A stretch of 64,000 nucleotides of DNA, taken from positions 6,227 to 70,226 of the IMG/VR virus record IMGVR_UViG_3300047445_000457. One strand, given 5' to 3'. Positions 35,655 through 46,027 of the stretch are shown piece by piece (within the stretch, counting starts at the first letter, position 1; each line of letters starts with the position of its first letter). The notes beneath the pieces were generated by a model that was given only the letters and a program-made list of their open reading frames with translations, did no database searches and was not told where the DNA came from. This stretch comes from a virus. Made by a program: the position numbers and the translations under genes.

Positions 35655-37987
35655 GCTTGCGGGTCCCCATCCATACGCGCCGTCTCGATGCCATGCTCCT
35701 GTCCGACGCCAGCCCCGACGACACCACCCTGCGGATCGCGGCCGGCGGTCGGCGGCTCGGGAGGCTGCACGGATTGTTCGGGCGCGATACCGCTACCTGG
35801 TGCGGCTGGTGCGGCTGGTGCGGCTGGTGCGGCTGGTGCGATCGGCACGCCGGTTGGTTCGGGTCCGCCCGCCGGGGCATCCTTCGGCGTGCGGTCGATG
35901 TAGCCAGCCGACAGCAGCACCGCATCACCTGCCGCCGCCACTGCGCCGCTCGATGCCGCCACGCCACCCGCTTGCATGCCCGCGTAGGCAGCGTCCACGT
36001 TGGTCTTGGTGGCGATGGCCTGCAGGCGCTCGACGTCGGCAGCCAGGCGCGAAACCTCGGCCTCGGTCTTCTTGACCGCCAGTTGCGCGTTCTCCATCTG
36101 GAGCTGCTGCATTTGCTGGGCCATTGCGGCGGCCTGCTTCGCCTGGTCGGTGTTCTGTTCGGCCTGGACTTCCTCCTCCGTCTTGATGATCGAGGACAGG
36201 TCGTGCGCTTCCGCGCGCTGGCGTAGCAATTCCTCGCGCTTGATGTAGGGCGCGTCCTCGGGTGCGAGGGTGGTGGCGAACTGGTCGAGTTGCTGGGCGC
36301 GCAGTTCCTTCGCCATCAGCGATGCCGCCCCGCGCGCCTTGATGTTGAAGTCGCCCTTGATGCTGTTGTTCGGGTTGAACTGCATGTTCCACTTGTACAA
36401 AGACTCCACGAACGTCCTCGTCACCGCGTCGTAGGCCGTCAGCAGGTCCTTCATCACGATGGAAGCGCTGGCCAGCAGCATGGACATGCCGGACGCCGTG
36501 CCGGCCGCGCCCGTGGTCGCGTTTTCGCCCTGCATGTACCTGGGGATCGCGGTCACGTCGTCGGCGTTCTTCTTGAACATTTCGACCACCGGCATCAGGT
36601 ATTCGAGGCCGTTCGGGATGTTCAGGACGCGCACCGCAGGCGCCCCCGGATCCTGCCCGTTGCGCGCCCAGATTTTGAAGGGGTGCATGTCATCCGCCCT
36701 CTCGTTCGGGCCGAGCAAAGCCATGTTGACCTCGAACTGCGGTCCCGCAGTGAGCGCGCCGTTATCGAGGACCATGCGGGTCGCCGCGTTGATCATGATC
36801 TGGTCGTCGCGCATGACCGAGGGGAAGCCATCCGCGAAGATGCTGGTCTCGTCCTTGTCCACGTAGTACAGGTGATAGGGCCAGGTCACGCCGTTGATCG
36901 GCTGGAGTGCGACCTTGATGACGTCACCCGATGGCAGGAGCCACACGTTGCCGAAAAAGGTTTCGTGCATCCGGGCTGGCGGGACCTGGACGCCGGCGGC
37001 GGCCAACAGTTCGCCGTCCAGCCATCCCCAGCGCTCCAAGACCTCGTAGGAGCCGTCGTCCTTCTGCTGCGCGCCGGCACGCTCGCCAATGCTGCGGATT
37101 TCGTTGTCGAAGTAGCGGGACGTCTGCGCTCCCTTCGGATTGGCCAGGATGTGGTCGCGGATCAGCTGACCCTTGAAAGACTTCTTCTTGGCCAGGCTCG
37201 ACAGCTTGGCGCGGGTCATCAGGTGCCGCTCGTAGACATAGCGGCATTCGTCCAGCGAGGTGGCCGACATATCGGGATACCACCGCCACACGGGCACCTG
37301 ATCCACGAAGGGCACCACGTAGGTCTCCGTCTTCATGACCCATTGGCCCTGCTCGATCACGAACTTGGACCGGCTCTTGCGCTCCACCAGCGGCGCTTTC
37401 AAGATCCCGGTGCCGTACAGGTGGCCCGAGTGCAGCACGCGGCGCGCGACGCCAGCGTAGTCCGCCTCCGCGAGCTGGTCGTCAATCACCTGCACCATGC
37501 CCTTCGCGGCCTGCGCTACCAGCTTCTTGACCGCCGCATCCACTTCCTGCGGGTTGGGCTGGCGTGCGAGGGCTTGCTGCAGGGCTTGCACGATCTGGGC
37601 CTTGGTCGCGCGGTCGACGCTCGGCACCGGGGTCGGGTCCGCCGTCCAGGTGCGCTCGGTGCCGTTCGGGAAAAGCAGATCGGCCACGCGCGCATCGACC
37701 GTTTTCACTTTCACACGGGTAGCGCGGACGAATGCCTTGGACCTGTTCTTGCCGATCAGGGCCAGGACCTCGGGATCGTAGATGCCACGGTACTGGCGCA
37801 GATCGCGCAGCCAGCGCTGCTCGGTGTCCTGCCTCGCGTTTTCCGCCTGGGCGAACTCCGCCAGCAGCACGGCCCCAAGGGAGTCGAGCTGGGTGTAAGC
37901 GGCGCTGTCGTCGCGCTCCATCCCCTCGGCGGCTGCCCGCACGTATTCCTGCTCCGCCTGTTGCGGTGCCTGGTCGTTTTGCGTCAT
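35651..37987 (-). CDS. Portal protein (P22-like)
   Basis: 778 aa after terminase; WLRDLRQYRGIY, YGTGILK and TASGMSML motifs; C-terminal coiled coil. Confidence 0.9.
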   Translation of the reverse strand: MTQNDQAPQQAEQEYVRAAAEGMERDDSAAYTQLDSLGAVLLAEFAQAENARQDTEQRWLRDLRQYRGIYDPEVLALIGKNRSKAFVRATRVKVKTVDARVADLLFPNGTERTWTADPTPVPSVDRATKAQIVQALQQALARQPNPQEVDAAVKKLVAQAAKGMVQVIDDQLAEADYAGVARRVLHSGHLYGTGILKAPLVERKSRSKFVIEQGQWVMKTETYVVPFVDQVPVWRWYPDMSATSLDECRYVYERHLMTRAKLSSLAKKKSFKGQLIRDHILANPKGAQTSRYFDNEIRSIGERAGAQQKDDGSYEVLERWGWLDGELLAAAGVQVPPARMHETFFGNVWLLPSGDVIKVALQPINGVTWPYHLYYVDKDETSIFADGFPSVMRDDQIMINAATRMVLDNGALTAGPQFEVNMALLGPNERADDMHPFKIWARNGQDPGAPAVRVLNIPNGLEYLMPVVEMFKKNADDVTAIPRYMQGENATTGAAGTASGMSMLLASASIVMKDLLTAYDAVTRTFVESLYKWNMQFNPNNSIKGDFNIKARGAASLMAKELRAQQLDQFATTLAPEDAPYIKREELLRQRAEAHDLSSIIKTEEEVQAEQNTDQAKQAAAMAQQMQQLQMENAQLAVKKTEAEVSRLAADVERLQAIATKTNVDAAYAGMQAGGVAASSGAVAAAGDAVLLSAGYIDRTPKDAPAGGPEPTGVPIAPAAPAAPAAPAAPGSGIAPEQSVQPPEPPTAGRDPQGGVVGAGVGQEHGIETARMDGDPQA

Positions 37988-38006
37988 GACGTAATTTGGG
38001 AGAGGG

Positions 38007-39524
38007 TCAGTAGCCGGCGCTGCTCGGGGCGACGCGGGAGGATGCCGGGCCGCGTTCGTCGCGCAGGGCACGCGGGACGACTGGCTCAGCGAAGGTCATG
38101 GCCAGCGCGTCGGCGCCGTCAGGGCTGCGCACCTGGCGTTTCTTCATGTCGTCCTTCGACTCGATCAGCCTGGAGCCGTTGGAGCTGTACTTGTAGCTGG
38201 GTGCGGACAGGTCCGCGATCAGGGCCGGATCGTTCGGCAAGCGGTTCGGCGCGTCCTCGATCCACTCCTTCATCCTGAACCAGCACTCCGCGCGCTTGTT
38301 GTAATAGCGTTCCGGGTCGGCGGCGCGCACGGCGCTGTTGACGCCAATGACCGGAATATTCAGTTCCTTCAAGCGGTCCACGATGCCCGAGCCGATGCCG
38401 ATCTTGTCCACGAACAGCGCGTCCGGCTGGTACTCGCGCCAGTATTCGGCCAGCAGCCCGGCGACCTGCATCGGTCCCTTTTTGTTGTGGTACTCGATGC
38501 GGTAGGCCGTGCGGCCGTGCCGGAACACGACGGCGGTGCGGTCGTCCCCGTATTCCGCAGGGTCGCAGCCGATGACGAAGGCGCCGCTACGCTCGCGGTA
38601 GTCGGCATTGACCGCCGCCATGACAGAGGTTGGCGAAATCAGCGGGTCCGTGGTCGCACTGCGGAATGCCAGGCTCGGTGTAGCCGGATATTCCTGGTCG
38701 AACAGCCATTCAAAGCCCTGCCCGTAGGTTTGCACCTTGTTGGCCCGCCACGCCATCTGCGCGAGGTCGAGCTGGTAGGTGTCCATGTAAAGCTGGTCGT
38801 CAGCCGACAGGATGAAACCCGGCTTGGCTACCGACCTGTATTCGTCCTGCCAGAACCAGGGCACAAAAATGGCGATGTACTCGCCAATGCCCGCCTCCGC
38901 GTCCTGCCACATCGTGTGGAACTTGTTGCCCAAGCCGTTCGCGGTGGACTCGATCACGATCTCGGTGCCTGGATTGTCCGAGATCGTATTGCCGAGGCCC
39001 GCCAGGTGAAACTCGGCGTTGTCCCAGAAACCGAATTCCGATGCGTGCAGCAATTGGGCCGTGTTCGAGCGTCCCACGTCCTTGCTGCCGGCGGTGGCCA
39101 GCTTGTAGCCACCATCCAGGCGGCCGAAAATCAGTTCCTTGGCGTTGGTCGCGCTGGTCGAAGGCGCGAAAGGATTGTGTTCGTGGTAGCGCTTGACCAT
39201 GCGGAACAGGTTGTCCGTGGCCTTCTGTTCGTGGGCGACGATAAAAGCGCTGCGGCCCGGCGTGGTCGATGCCTTGCAATAGAAGCGCGCACCTATATAG
39301 GTCGACGCGCCTTGCTGCCGTCCCTTGAGGATGAGCACGCGGACCTTGCCGGTGCGCTGTAGCTGGTCCTCGATTTGGGCGTGTATGTGACGCTGTGCGC
39401 GGTTGAAGCGCAGCGGAACGAGCCGGCCGTTCTTGTCCAACACATACATGCAGGTTTCGCAGTGAAGCGCGACGTCGGCCATCAACGCGGCCAGCGTGCG
39501 GTCGATGTCTACCTGGTCAGCCAA
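38007..39524 (-). CDS. terL: Terminase large subunit
   Basis: LKGRQQGAST Walker A, LHASE Walker B, ESTANG, IGCDPA and SPDGADALAMTFA; probable TTG start. Confidence 0.93.
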   Translation of the reverse strand: MADQVDIDRTLAALMADVALHCETCMYVLDKNGRLVPLRFNRAQRHIHAQIEDQLQRTGKVRVLILKGRQQGASTYIGARFYCKASTTPGRSAFIVAHEQKATDNLFRMVKRYHEHNPFAPSTSATNAKELIFGRLDGGYKLATAGSKDVGRSNTAQLLHASEFGFWDNAEFHLAGLGNTISDNPGTEIVIESTANGLGNKFHTMWQDAEAGIGEYIAIFVPWFWQDEYRSVAKPGFILSADDQLYMDTYQLDLAQMAWRANKVQTYGQGFEWLFDQEYPATPSLAFRSATTDPLISPTSVMAAVNADYRERSGAFVIGCDPAEYGDDRTAVVFRHGRTAYRIEYHNKKGPMQVAGLLAEYWREYQPDALFVDKIGIGSGIVDRLKELNIPVIGVNSAVRAADPERYYNKRAECWFRMKEWIEDAPNRLPNDPALIADLSAPSYKYSSNGSRLIESKDDMKKRQVRSPDGADALAMTFAEPVVPRALRDERGPASSRVAPSSAGY

Positions 39525-40134
39525 TTCGATCCCGCACGCGCCTGATGACGTCATCAATGCCGGCGTTGCCTTCTTCCTGGCGTGCGTCGATGCCGAATGC
39601 TTCGCGCTCCAGCGCGACCAGGACCTTGAGCGAGTCGGCCAGTTGTTTCATGGTCGTCGTGCGCGACGGCAGGCTCATCGCCTTCATGAACAGGTCGAGT
39701 CGCTTGTCTTGCCCTTTCTCGTCCGGTGCCGCCAGCAGTTCGCCCAGCTCGCGGTACAGGTCGATGTGCTCGGTCTGGTGCTCCAGCTCGTCCAGCAGCG
39801 ACATGGTGAGCCTGCGCGAGCGTGAAATGTCCTTGCGCTGCGCCTGGATGATGTTGGCCTGCAGGGCTGCATTGCCCTCGATGATCTCCTGCTCGGTTAC
39901 AGTCGTTTGGGCTGTAACCGGGCGTGTAACCACCGACTGTGTAACCAGCGCGTCGGCCTTGGCGCGGATTTTCTCGCCCAGGTCGCGGAGGATGCCGAGC
40001 TTGCCGAAATGCTTGTCCATGGCAGCACGCGAGACGCCGTATTCCTGCGATAGCTGCTGCTTCGATTTGATGTTCGCCCGCCAATCCGGCTCGATCAGGT
40101 CCCAATCGACCGTCCTACGCTTCGCTTCTGCCAT
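39517..40134 (-). CDS. terS: Terminase small subunit
   Basis: N-terminal HTH (DWDLIEPDWRA...LSQEYGVS), LEREAFGID; directly upstream of terL. Confidence 0.8.
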   Translation of the reverse strand: MAEAKRRTVDWDLIEPDWRANIKSKQQLSQEYGVSRAAMDKHFGKLGILRDLGEKIRAKADALVTQSVVTRPVTAQTTVTEQEIIEGNAALQANIIQAQRKDISRSRRLTMSLLDELEHQTEHIDLYRELGELLAAPDEKGQDKRLDLFMKAMSLPSRTTTMKQLADSLKVLVALEREAFGIDARQEEGNAGIDDVIRRVRDRIG

Positions 40135-40279
40135 GTGCTGCCTCTTGTGATGCCGTCACTCGCGTCCTGACTGAGGATCATCAAGTGTCTTTAGATAGGT
40201 GTGTATATATTTGAAGTCATGGGATGCAGCAGCAACCCACCGGGCTGGCGGGACCAGCGACCACTTCACGGGTGATGCG

Positions 40280-40777
40280 ATGAGAAACGGGGTATTTCAT
40301 GCGCGGGTTGAGGATCGGCGGTCCGAATACGGTCTGGTTGACGACGATGCACTGGTGCGGCATGCCATCGCCATCCTCGAGAAGCGCTTGAGGAAACCGG
40401 GCGCGGCCATGAATTCCCCGACTGTCGTGAAGGACTTTCTTCGTATGTCGCTCGCCGGACAGGAACACGAAAGTTTCGTCGTGCTGTTCCTCGACGTGAA
40501 GAACCGCGTATTGGCCACGAAAGAGGTGTTCCGTGGCACGCTGACGCAGACCAGCGTGCATCCGCGTGAAGTGATGAGGGAGGCGCTGGGCCACAACGCC
40601 GCCAGCGTCCTCCTCGCCCACAATCATCCGTCCGGCTGTACGACCCCGAGTGACGCGGATTTCCTCTTGACGAACACGCTGGTCAAGGCGCTTGCACTGG
40701 TCGATGTTCGGGTTCTTGACCACTTCATCGTCGCAGGCGTCGATGTGCATTCGTTTGCGGAGCACGGGCAGATGTAA
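40280..40777 (+). CDS. radC: RadC/JAB-domain protein
   Basis: VHPREV and AHNHPSG...SDAD...VRVLDH. Confidence 0.92.
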   Translation: MRNGVFHARVEDRRSEYGLVDDDALVRHAIAILEKRLRKPGAAMNSPTVVKDFLRMSLAGQEHESFVVLFLDVKNRVLATKEVFRGTLTQTSVHPREVMREALGHNAASVLLAHNHPSGCTTPSDADFLLTNTLVKALALVDVRVLDHFIVAGVDVHSFAEHGQM

Positions 40778-40826
40778 TCCATGCGCGCCCACCCGCTACG
40801 GTGGGCCTTCTACTGGAGGAGATACT

Positions 40827-41330
40827 ATGATTGGCAAGAACATCTACAGGAACAACGACGACCATGGCTATCTGGTCGACGTCAAGACGGACAATGGCCA
40901 CGAGGTCGAGTTTTTCCGTCAGGGTGGCGGTTTTCTCTGCAAGATGCCGAGCAAGGAATTCCATGAGTTGTTCACCCTCGCGCCTGAGCCGACCATGCGC
41001 CGGGGCACTGTGACCGCCGACTTTCTCTCCGATCCCCTGCCCTGCTGGTCCGATGGAGGTGCGTGGAACGGCTGGGGCATGCCCTACTTCGCCCGCGCCG
41101 AGGTCGACAAGTTGATCGAAGTGTCCATGCGCGAGCAGAGCGACCCGATGCGCTGGAATGGCGACAAGGTGATCGGTTCGTCGGACGACTACAACGGGGA
41201 AGATCGTGATGAGTACGAGGCGGTGACGATGCCGGACGGCTCGCTCGCGTGGGGCATCGGCGCGGGTAGCTGGTGCTGGGACAGCGTTACATTCGATTCG
41301 GAGGCTGGCAATGAACAAGTCACTGTTTGA
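40827..41330 (+). CDS. Hypothetical protein
   Basis: GGAGGAG SD; WNGWGMPYF and WGIGAGSWCW. Confidence 0.75.
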   Translation: MIGKNIYRNNDDHGYLVDVKTDNGHEVEFFRQGGGFLCKMPSKEFHELFTLAPEPTMRRGTVTADFLSDPLPCWSDGGAWNGWGMPYFARAEVDKLIEVSMREQSDPMRWNGDKVIGSSDDYNGEDRDEYEAVTMPDGSLAWGIGAGSWCWDSVTFDSEAGNEQVTV

Positions 41331-41346
41331 ACAGAGGGAGACACCT

Positions 41347-41580
41347 ATGGCTCAATTCACGATTCAGGTCAGCGACCGGCGCGGGAAGTATCCCAGCAAA
41401 ACGTACACGGTCGAAGCCGAGCAGGAGTTTCTTGCCTATGGTCCGGCGACCGAGCAGTTCATCAAGGACAACGGCCATCGTGCGCGCGGCCCGAGTGAAC
41501 GAATGTCGTCGTACTACTCGCGGTTCTGGAACCAGCGCGTGCCGGATACCCCGGCGGCGATCCCTTCCCTACATGAATGA
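41347..41580 (+). CDS. Hypothetical protein
   Basis: GGGAG SD; 77 aa. Confidence 0.6.
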   Translation: MAQFTIQVSDRRGKYPSKTYTVEAEQEFLAYGPATEQFIKDNGHRARGPSERMSSYYSRFWNQRVPDTPAAIPSLHE

Positions 41581-41675
41581 CACGCAGAACGCCGCCGATG
41601 CGTGGATCAAGGCGGGTGGCCACAGGACTGCCGCCTGATCGGCGCGCGGATACCAGAACCTATCAGGAGCAGATC

Positions 41676-42143
41676 ATGGCAAACAGGACCCAGCAGATTC
41701 TCAAGCGCCTCGCCGCCTTGGGGGTGGCAGGCACATTCGTAAGCGACATTGACGAAGAAGCGGACGGCGAGATCAGGATCACGCCCACCGTCTCGGTGCA
41801 GGTAGGGTGGGAGTACCTGATCGTGAACGTGTCCGATTCCGCGACCGCGCCGACCGTCTTTCGGCACTACCCGGCGCGCAAGCTGCGGGAACTGGAGCAT
41901 CTGGTTGAGGATATCAAGATGGCCGGGATTTTCGACTTCAAGGCAGAACCCGTGTTCAAGCGCGAGGACGATACGTGGTATGTGGTGATCTACCACGGTC
42001 CCAACGGCGGCAGCATCATCGAGCGCTGGCGTGGTCCGAAAAGGACCAAGCCAGCCATGTGGCTGAACGAGCATCCCCCCGAGCTGTGGGTGGGCATGCA
42101 GCGCGACGCGGCCAGCTACATCAAGCAAGAGGTGCCAGCGTGA
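41676..42143 (+). CDS. Hypothetical protein
   Basis: AGGAG SD; 155 aa. Confidence 0.7.
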   Translation: MANRTQQILKRLAALGVAGTFVSDIDEEADGEIRITPTVSVQVGWEYLIVNVSDSATAPTVFRHYPARKLRELEHLVEDIKMAGIFDFKAEPVFKREDDTWYVVIYHGPNGGSIIERWRGPKRTKPAMWLNEHPPELWVGMQRDAASYIKQEVPA

Positions 42144-42352
42144 AAACGGATCGGAAGCCCGCGAAGGGCAACAACCCCGATGGGCGACCGCGCGTGCTTG
42201 TTGGCGGCATTCGCAAGAACGTCTATCTGGACGCCGACACCATCAAGTACGCGACCGCCTTGGGCGGTGGCGAATTGAGCGCGGGTCTGCGTGAAGCGGT
42301 GCGGCGGGTGCGCTGCGCGGTTTCGCAGGGCGAGCAGGGGCCGAACGAATGA
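42140..42352 (+). CDS. Ribbon-helix-helix-like regulator
   Basis: GRP...RKNVYLD...ALGGGELSAGLREAV; GTGA overlap. Confidence 0.65.
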   Translation: MKTDRKPAKGNNPDGRPRVLVGGIRKNVYLDADTIKYATALGGGELSAGLREAVRRVRCAVSQGEQGPNE

Positions 42353-42552
42353 GGGCAATTAAGAGAGCGACTGTTCCCCTGATCGGACCCACCTCAAGGG
42401 CAGGAAGTACGCTGGGGAAGACTGTAGAGCGCCGGTTCAACCTGGCACCCGTCCCGCTGGCTGGCGGCTGGACTGTCCTATCGTGAGTTTGTCGTGATAA
42501 TACGCAACAGTGTTGCCCGTGGCAATTTATGCCTGGATGTGATGCGAGGCGG

Positions 42553-43104
42553 TCACGCCGGCGGGCGGCGCATGATGCCGGCGGCGCGCGCGTCGTGGGC
42601 CTGCACCATCCCCTCCAGGTCGCTCACCATATCGGCGATGAGCTGCTGTTCAAGCCTGGTAGCACCTGGGGCGAACTCGGCGCGGCCGCTACCCTTGCAC
42701 GCCGGGCATAGGCGGCGGTTTGGCGTCTGCCCGGCGCCGCTGCACTCGCTGCAGCGCCCGTCGATCCAGTGCGCCAGGGAGCCCATGGCCACGCGACGAT
42801 ACAGTGTTTCGTGTGCCTGGATGGTCCACTCGCTGCCCGCTGTCGGCACCCAATTACGCCGCCCCGACTTGATTCGGATGCAGTCCTGCCAGATCGCCAA
42901 CAGGCGCACCAGGTTATTCGACCCAGGCTGGAAGTCCTTGCTGAGCGTACCGTCCGAATACTTGACGCGCGAGAGCAGCGCACCCAGCCCGGCGCCCGTC
43001 TTGCTGGCGATCGCGGCCGCAAAAAGCGCCTCGGTGGATACATGGTGCGGATCGTCGCGCAAGTCGGACGATTGCAGGGCACTGACATAGCGTTCAGAAA
43101 ACAT
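42553..43104 (-). CDS. Q-like late antiterminator
   Basis: CSECSGAG...CPACKGSG zinc finger; last early gene before terminase. Confidence 0.7.
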   Translation of the reverse strand: MFSERYVSALQSSDLRDDPHHVSTEALFAAAIASKTGAGLGALLSRVKYSDGTLSKDFQPGSNNLVRLLAIWQDCIRIKSGRRNWVPTAGSEWTIQAHETLYRRVAMGSLAHWIDGRCSECSGAGQTPNRRLCPACKGSGRAEFAPGATRLEQQLIADMVSDLEGMVQAHDARAAGIMRRPPA

Positions 43105-43158
43105 GGTAATGGTTCCTCCGAGCAGGAAACCGCAGTATCCCGTAAGTGAGCCTGATAC

Positions 43159-43560
43159 TCACATACGGGAGTGCCCTGATCTATGGCAATCCACCCGCGC
43201 CGGCGGCCGTTTCGTCTCCAGTATGGTGATCCCGTACAGGTGCATCATCAGGTGCCGCTTGATCTTGTACACCGCCGTCAGCGGCGCACCCTTCACATCC
43301 TCGATGATCCTGTCCCCGGTCGCGGTATCCAGGTAGCTGAAATCGGCCCGGTAGATCAGCGCCCGCTTGGTCTTGCCGTTGATCCTCACCTTGGGCGCGA
43401 GCACGAACGAGGCCTGGCGCGTCAGCTCGCGGATTGCGCCGTCCCTTTCCATCTGCAGCAGGACCAGGTAGCGCTCGTACTCCGCGATCGAGTCGTACGT
43501 CTGCCCCTGATGCGTGACCCTGACGTTGCCATACTTGCGGCGCACAGGCCGGAAGATCAC
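43159..43560 (-). CDS. DUF1064-type PD-(D/E)XK endonuclease
   Basis: KYGN...YDSIAEYERY...YRADFSY...EDVKG. Confidence 0.85.
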   Translation of the reverse strand: MIFRPVRRKYGNVRVTHQGQTYDSIAEYERYLVLLQMERDGAIRELTRQASFVLAPKVRINGKTKRALIYRADFSYLDTATGDRIIEDVKGAPLTAVYKIKRHLMMHLYGITILETKRPPARVDCHRSGHSRM

Positions 43561-43736
43561 GCTTGGCCGCCCTGTACGCCGGCCTGGCCAGCCTTGGCGG
43601 CATTGATGCGCGCGACCCTCTCGCGGGCGATCGCGCGGCGCTGCTCGAGCTGCTGCGCGATTTCGGCCTGGCGCGCGGCTACCGCGGCGTCGCGTTCCCG
43701 GCGCCGCGTCCACGGCATTTTGAATAGTCCCAGCAT
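43557..43736 (-). CDS. Hypothetical protein (59 aa)
   Basis: AGGAG SD; stop overlaps the next GTG. Confidence 0.55.
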   Translation of the reverse strand: MLGLFKMPWTRRRERDAAVAARQAEIAQQLEQRRAIARERVARINAAKAGQAGVQGGQA

Positions 43737-43776
43737 GCTGTTCTCCTATCCGTCATGAAAGTGCCCATCGAACCAC

Positions 43777-44523
43777 TTACACCTGGGGCGGATCCACCTC
43801 ATTGCCCGCATCGGCGGCGAGCTGGCGGGCGTAGCGCAGCGACACCGCAGGCAGCAAGGCGTCACCGGCAGCAGCCCGTTCCAGCACCTTGGCGACCCAT
43901 GCGCGCTGGTCGCCTGGCTGGTCGCCGCTGCGCAGGATGCCCGAAGCGCCCAGCTCCTTCAGCATCCTGGCGGCGGCCTCACGCGAGGTGAACGCCTCGC
44001 CAGGTGCCGGCAGTGCGATATGCGCCTCGGGAATCGGCTCCCACGCGCCGCGCGCCATCTGCCGCTTGAGCGCCGCCAGCCAGCGCTCGCGCACCGACCC
44101 GTAAGCCTCCTGCATCAATTCCCGCCGCAACCCCGACGCCGCCCAATACACGGCCGGATGCGTCCACTCCCCCATTTCGCCCTTGCCGCGTGCCTCGAGG
44201 CCCGCCACCGCTTCCTGATACGCGGCGATCGGGTCGACCTCGGGCTGGCACAGCGCGAGGAATTCCCCCCAGGTGGGCGGGAATTTCAGCCGCTCGCACG
44301 CAGCCAGGCCTCGCCGCAACTGCCCGCGCGTGATCCCGTTCGCCCTGATCCGTTCCAACCAGGTGCGCTTCATGTTCTCGATACCGGTGTCGACCCCGTT
44401 CTCGACATGCCCGCTGCGGTAGGCGTCAAGGAACTTGTTGCCGAACATGCCGTGCAACTCCCCGAACAGCGAGTCGATCCCGGCGTCAGTTGAGGTCGAT
44501 GATGGTGGGGTCGTCACGCGCAT
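43777..44523 (-). CDS. Phage replication protein P-like
   Basis: LFGELHGMFGNKF...GLAAC...FPPTWGEFLALC; follows the O-like gene. Confidence 0.7.
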   Translation of the reverse strand: MRVTTPPSSTSTDAGIDSLFGELHGMFGNKFLDAYRSGHVENGVDTGIENMKRTWLERIRANGITRGQLRRGLAACERLKFPPTWGEFLALCQPEVDPIAAYQEAVAGLEARGKGEMGEWTHPAVYWAASGLRRELMQEAYGSVRERWLAALKRQMARGAWEPIPEAHIALPAPGEAFTSREAAARMLKELGASGILRSGDQPGDQRAWVAKVLERAAAGDALLPAVSLRYARQLAADAGNEVDPPQV

Positions 44524-45511
44524 GATTGCCTCCGAGTCCGATGGATGCCGCCGCCGCTTTCCGCGAAGCGTCGCGCACGGCTGCCGCATTGGGTGAAGCG
44601 CGCAGCGGTGGCCGCACGGCGCCGCTGACCGCGATCGCCTGGCTCTCCGCCGCCCAGCGCTTGAGGACGCCAATCACGTAGCCCACGCTGACCGCCTCGC
44701 CTGGCTTGCTGCGCTTGGCCTCTTCGCACGCGGCCCTGACAGTCTCCGGCGTGATGCCCTGCTCTGCCAGCACGATCAGGTGGGGCTGGCTCGGGTTCGC
44801 GTTGATGCCGTACGGACGCATTGCGGCTGACAACTGCGCGGCGCTCACGCTCCCCCCCACCCCGTCTGGCGATTGCGTTGCTGGCGGCGGTGGTGGGTCT
44901 CCTGCTGCTGCTGTTGCTATTGCTGTTCCTGTTGCTGTTCCTGATTCGAGCAAGTCTTTCGGCAAGCCTTTTCCCGAAGCGTTCGGGGAAGGCTTAGGGG
45001 AAGGCTTACGGGGAGTCGCCGCGGAAGGGTCCGGGGTAGGCTCTGGCGGGGGCTTCGGCATCAGCTTCCCTCCCGTCACCTCGTCAAAGGCGTCCACGAA
45101 GGCTGGGCCGATCTCGGCCAGCGCGGCGCGGATTTCCACCAGCGCACTGCGTTTCAGCTCGCACTCGGGCAGCAGGTCGATCTCGACGCGCCAGTGCTTG
45201 ACCACGTTGGGCGACTCGGGCTTGTTGTGCTTGATCGCATTCGGCAGCCAGATCAGCCTCGCGCGGAAATCGGCCTTCGCCATGCCGAGGGTTTCCAGTT
45301 CATGGAAGGCGCCCGTGAAAGCGTCCATCTCCCAATTCAGTTCCTCGGCCATCGCGGCGCGGCCGGCGCGGTACAGGCCTGGGATCGGTCCCGTGTGCGG
45401 CCCGGTCAAGAGGAAGAACCACAGTGCCTGCCCGGATGGCATGAGCGGGGTCAGCGCGCGGAAAGCGTCATCGGACCAGGTGCGTACTTCGATTTTTCGG
45501 TAGCGTGTCAT
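44486..45511 (-). CDS. Phage replication initiator (O-like)
   Basis: RYRKIEVRTWSD N-terminus, central repeats, YVIGVLKRW DnaD-like C-terminus. Confidence 0.75.
   Translation of the reverse strand: MTRYRKIEVRTWSDDAFRALTPLMPSGQALWFFLLTGPHTGPIPGLYRAGRAAMAEELNWEMDAFTGAFHELETLGMAKADFRARLIWLPNAIKHNKPESPNVVKHWRVEIDLLPECELKRSALVEIRAALAEIGPAFVDAFDEVTGGKLMPKPPPEPTPDPSAATPRKPSPKPSPNASGKGLPKDLLESGTATGTAIATAAAGDPPPPPATQSPDGVGGSVSAAQLSAAMRPYGINANPSQPHLIVLAEQGITPETVRAACEEAKRSKPGEAVSVGYVIGVLKRWAAESQAIAVSGAVRPPLRASPNAAAVRDASRKAAAASIGLGGNHARDDPTIIDLN
44900..45012. repeat. Putative lambdoid origin inside the O-like gene
   Basis: About 12-bp units (gcaagccttttc, gggaaggcttag, gggaaggcttac) next to a strand-skewed tgctgt-type tract. 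Confidence 0.55.
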
Positions 45512-45577
45512 TTCGGGCTCAGCGTCGATAGTCTCTCGGTGTGCGGGCAGATCCATGGCAGGTCCGCGCCGCTCTTG

Positions 45578-46024
45578 TTATATGGGCTTTCCGGTCTGGG
45601 TCGCCTTCTGGAACGCCTCGGCCAGCCGGCGCGCATCGTCCAGCACGCCCAGCTCGAGGTCCGGCAGCAGCGCGAAATAGCCGCGCAGCGCCGGAAGGAG
45701 TGACTTGTATTCTCCGGTCGTCAGGTCCAGCAGGCGGGTATGGCGCAGGCCGGCGCGGTTCAGGGCGAGGCCCGCTTTCATGACGTCGCATTCCAGCTGG
45801 GCCAGCCCGTAGCGCCGACCGACATAGGCCGCCATGGTGATGACCGTGGCGAGGTAGTGATAGCCCTCGCTCGGGCAACGCGAGCGCTTGGCCGCGTCAA
45901 GGCACAGGTAGGCGCGCAGCTCCAGGTCGTCGGCGTCTTCCCGCCCGACTTTTTCGCGCCTGATGGCCGCGAGGTTGGGGGCGCCGCGTTCCGGCTTGCG
46001 GAGCAGGTGCAGCGTTCGGCTCAT
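45578..46024 (-). CDS. Hypothetical protein
   Basis: 148 aa in the early operon. Confidence 0.65.
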   Translation of the reverse strand: MSRTLHLLRKPERGAPNLAAIRREKVGREDADDLELRAYLCLDAAKRSRCPSEGYHYLATVITMAAYVGRRYGLAQLECDVMKAGLALNRAGLRHTRLLDLTTGEYKSLLPALRGYFALLPDLELGVLDDARRLAEAFQKATQTGKPI

Positions 46025-46027
46025 GGC

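Noticed and set aside
35795-35840. (TGCGGCTGG)n tandem repeat, and similar repeats at about 10950-11040
   Set aside because: In-frame Pro/Ala linker expansions within portal and ejection proteins
40201-40218. GTGTATATATTTGAAG as a LexA box upstream of radC
   Set aside because: Both essential CTG and CAG triplets are broken
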